DNA of 64,000 nucleotides from assembly GCF_006345805.1 (NCBI RefSeq), contig NC_042997.1, forward strand, positions 51,708,001-51,772,000, given 5' to 3'. Below are positions 60,607 through 64,000 of this stretch, one piece after another (position 1 is the first letter of the stretch; each line of letters starts with the position of its first letter). The notes under the pieces are model-generated. The model saw only the letters and a list, made by a program, of their open reading frames with translations, made no database searches and was not told the DNA's origin. The position numbers were made by a program, and so were the translations under genes. The stretch comes from Octopus sinensis (taxonomy: Eukaryota).

Positions 60607-61740
60607 CAAATGAATTTGTAAAATTAAAGATTCATATTTTACTCAGTGCAGAGTGTCCATACAAGTTCTTATGCACTTGCAATTTGTCTCTGGTACTAAA
60701 AAAAGTTTCTTCACCCTTGCACAGACAATTATCCTGCTGGAAAAGACAACTCCCTCAATTACCCTGCTGGAAAAGAAATCTCCCTCAAAGCACAGCCTAC
60801 CATCTTATAAAAGAAAAGACGCAATAGATAAGGTAGTCTAAGATGAACATTGCCAGAAAAAAAGATGGAATGGTCACGGTGTAGATGACTTTGATCAATA
60901 GGCCTGTGTAATCAAAGTCAATTTTTAGCTAAGCAACAACTAATTTAACCAACTTAGTTAAAACACCAATTAGTAAGAATGACTAAAAACATATCTCAAG
61001 ATATAAACTATCAACTCCTCTGCTGATTGGCTGGAACTTCATCAGCTCAGTCATAGGCAACTTGTTGACTTTGTTTATAACATGGCTGTAGCTTCCAATT
61101 AAGATGACATAGAGTGAGCAAGAGAGGGAAAATGGTAGAGTGATGATGAGATGAAGCCAGAAAAATGAAGGAGATTGAGTGCAAGGTATAACTACTGTGA
61201 TGACAAGGACACAGGCTTAGTCAATCACAAGCCTTAGAATGCATGTAATGCTGATAACCTAAGAATAAAAAATTAGGTAACATTAGTTTTTTTTCTTTCT
61301 TTCTTTATTTTTTTTTTACTTGCTGAGTCTGGAGGAAGAAGCAGTATGTGTGACCTTTTCAGATAAACCTGAAACCTCTGAGATTAATGTCATCAATGTT
61401 CCACTTAAAACTGTAGCATGTTGACACTTGCAAGAATGGCATGAGCCAAGAAGAGATTCTAAAGTGCTAATGTTCTGGGAGGTAAGAACTGGGCATAATG
61501 GTTAGTGTGAGGCTTGAGAAAAATGGACTCCACAAGGGTAATGGAAGGAGAGGAGATAAGTTGACAAAGCATAAGACCAAGTAACCCAGAGAAACAAAGA
61601 CCACTGTATTTCTATTTGACAACTCATACAATTTTTTCAGCTTTTTTTTTCAATTTCTTTCTCTTCCTTTCATTCACACAAATAATTTGACAGTTGAAAT
61701 TTCTCTTTATTTGTTTTAACCCAATTATTGTCTGGCTTAA

Positions 61741-61960
61741 CTCTTTAGCATTTAAATGGGCTATATTTGACCCAAATAGTCAACCTGTTTTATGCTCAAA
61801 CCAACCAGATCTGACCTCTCACACTTACCCTACAATGTTGTTCTAACTATATACAATAACATCATTGAAATCTTGATGATATGAGATAATATTTGATTAA
61901 TTCAAAACAAAGAGGATGATTTAGCATTACATTTAACTGAGTAGTCTAAATGCTAAAGAG
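61741..61960. mobile_element. piggyBac-type MITE
   Basis: TTAA|CTCTTTAGCATTT...AAATGCTAAAGAG|TTAA. Confidence 0.85.
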
Positions 61961-62569
61961 TTAAAGAAGTAACCTCTTTGGATGGCACTATTTGTCATGC
62001 AGTTGTTTGATATATATACTGTCCAAAGCTATTATCAATATATACACTACCTAAAGTTATTATTGCAAAAGATAAGCACATTTTAATCAGAAGCAAAATG
62101 TTGCAAAAATATATAGAATCTCTTTGTTAACAGAATTGTCACTGAAATATTGTTTGGCTTTCAAATTCAGTATTTTGTTCATTTTTATTTTTAGACTGCT
62201 CTGGAAAAGTGACATTTCTATTTGTAGTGATTAAACAAACTTTAACAATTTAGATTTTAAAAACTCACTAGTTTTATTGTGCATTCACTACACTTAAAGA
62301 ATATAATCATTCTCAGTAATAAAGAGAGAGAGAGAGAGAGCAAAAGAGAGATGGGAGGAGAGAAAGAGAGTAACAAAATCTTTGTATAGGAAATTCCAGT
62401 AAAAATAGACAAGAATATTTTCTTCAGTTGACACTCTTCAAATTAAAGAATAAATAGATGATTAATAGTATTGACTATCATTTGAAAACTACTCATCTGG
62501 GGTTTTTTTTTTGCTTTTTCTTAAATAAAATTACAGAAATCTTGTTCCATTTTATACACAATAATTGAT

Positions 62570-62960
62570 AAGGTGCAAGCAATATGGTCCAGGGTTCAGT
62601 CCCACTATGTGGTAGCTTGGGCAAGTATCTTCTACTATAGCCTCAAGCTGACCAAAGCCTTGTGAGTGGATATGGCTGACTGACACTGAAAGAAGTCTGT
62701 CACACACACACACGTGTGTGTGTGTGTCTGTCTGTCTGTCTATGTGTTTGTGTCTGTGTCTGTCCCCCACCACTGTTTGATAACTGGTGTTGGTGTGTTT
62801 ACATCCCTATAACTTAGCAGTTCAGCAAAAAAGACTGATAAAATAAGTACAAGTCTTTAGAAAAATAAAAAAAAGCACTGGGATTGATTCATTCAACTAA
62901 AATTCATCAAAGGCAGTGTCCCAGCATGGCTGCAGTCTAATGACTCAAACAAGTAAAAGA
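62570..62960 (+). mobile_element. CORE-type SINE
   Basis: Same family as 20968-21342. Confidence 0.8.
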
Positions 62961-63481
62961 AAATTTATGATGGGTTCATATTTTACTGAGGATACATAAA
63001 CTCTCAATATTTAATACACAATAAAGGATGGATGATAATAAAACTGGAAGAACTTTGGACAGAATGCTTTGTAGTATTTAATCAAGTTCTGCATTCAAAA
63101 TCCTCCAAGCCTATAAAAGTACAAATAATATATTGAGTCAATTTTGTCAACTCCACCTCTTCCTTCTTTCCCCAAATAATTTGCAGCCTTGTGCCATTGT
63201 TATAAATCAATGCTTTATACATCACATAAAATTAAGTGGCTACAAAGTTAATTTTGATGATAAGCCAATGTACTTTTACCCACAAAGTATTAATGACTGA
63301 ACCTCTATATGGTTGCTTGTCTGCTAGAAATAGTCAAATCTCCCAAATCCTAGCTTGCCATCTTGAAAAAAAAATGGATAATGTAGTTTTAGATATGATG
63401 GTCATGGTTAAAATTTCTTTGATCATAGATCTACTTATCCAGCACTGACCTGGAGACAAATAACAACTAACTGTTTCTGTT

Positions 63482-64000
63482 CATTATCATCATCGTCATC
63501 ATCATCATCATTTGACATCCGTTGTCCATGCTGGCATGGGTCAGACGGTTTGACCAGGGCTGGCAAGCTGGAAGGCTACACCAGGCTCCAGTCTGATTTG
63601 GCATGGTTTCTATGGCTGGATGCCCTTCCTAATGTCAACCACTCCAAGAGTGTAATGAGTGCTTTTATGTGCCACTGGAATGGTTGTCATTTGCATGATA
63701 CCAATATCTGCCACAAATATGATTTTACTTGGCTTGACGGGTCTTCTCAAGTATGGCATAATGCGAAAGGTCTCGGTCATTTGTCATTTGCCCAACACTC
63801 GAAAGATATGTTTCATGTACCACTGACTTTGGCCACCTTGCCTCCATAAGGCCCATAGCTTGAAAGGTGCTTTTTACATGCTACCAGCATGGGTGCCAGT
63901 TACATGACATCACTACCGGCCACAACTATGATTTCACTTGGCTTAATGGGTTTTCTCAAGCACAGCATATTTCCAAAAGTCTTGGTTACTAGCCATTGCT
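63482..64000 (-). mobile_element. RTE-related 3' fragment with internal subrepeats
   Basis: (TCA)n tail followed by CCATGCTGGCATGGG...GGCTGGATGCCCTTCCTAA. A subrepeat occurs near 63655-63790 and 63865-64000. Confidence 0.7.

Overview
AT-rich, repeat-dense animal genomic DNA, not prokaryotic. The SINE, RTE and microsatellite families look like those of Octopus (inference). I reconstructed two divergently transcribed, intron-containing genes by hand from GT-AG boundaries and reading phase. (1) The 5' end of SEC13 on the minus strand: exon 1 ends in ATG at 5614-5616, exon 2 (2977-3021) encodes VSVINSVDTAHEDMI, and the gene continues beyond the left edge. (2) A UHMK1/KIS-like Ser/Thr kinase with a C-terminal UHM/RRM domain on the plus strand: ten confident coding exons at 33191-51359 plus a probable first coding exon at 12522-12660, about 449 aa in total. 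The rest is mostly decayed mobile DNA: RTE, Tx1/L1-like, CRE-like, R4/Dong-like and CR1 LINEs, Penelope-like GIY-YIG elements, tRNA-derived SINEs (several with TSDs), non-autonomous Helitrons, piggyBac-type MITEs, hAT and pogo relics, and long TA/TG microsatellites. The most notable observations are a near-perfect ~305-bp intronic hairpin next to a kinase exon together with other intronic inverted repeats (candidate ADAR substrates), a UHM domain lacking the RXF motif and the acidic helix, two CxxC motifs in the kinase C-lobe, and a 353-bp-period repeat carrying a minimal type I hammerhead ribozyme fold (retrozyme-like), plus other degenerate hammerheads. Nearly all ORFs in the supplied track are spurious or transposon fragments. 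Family assignments come from recalled motifs, not database searches.
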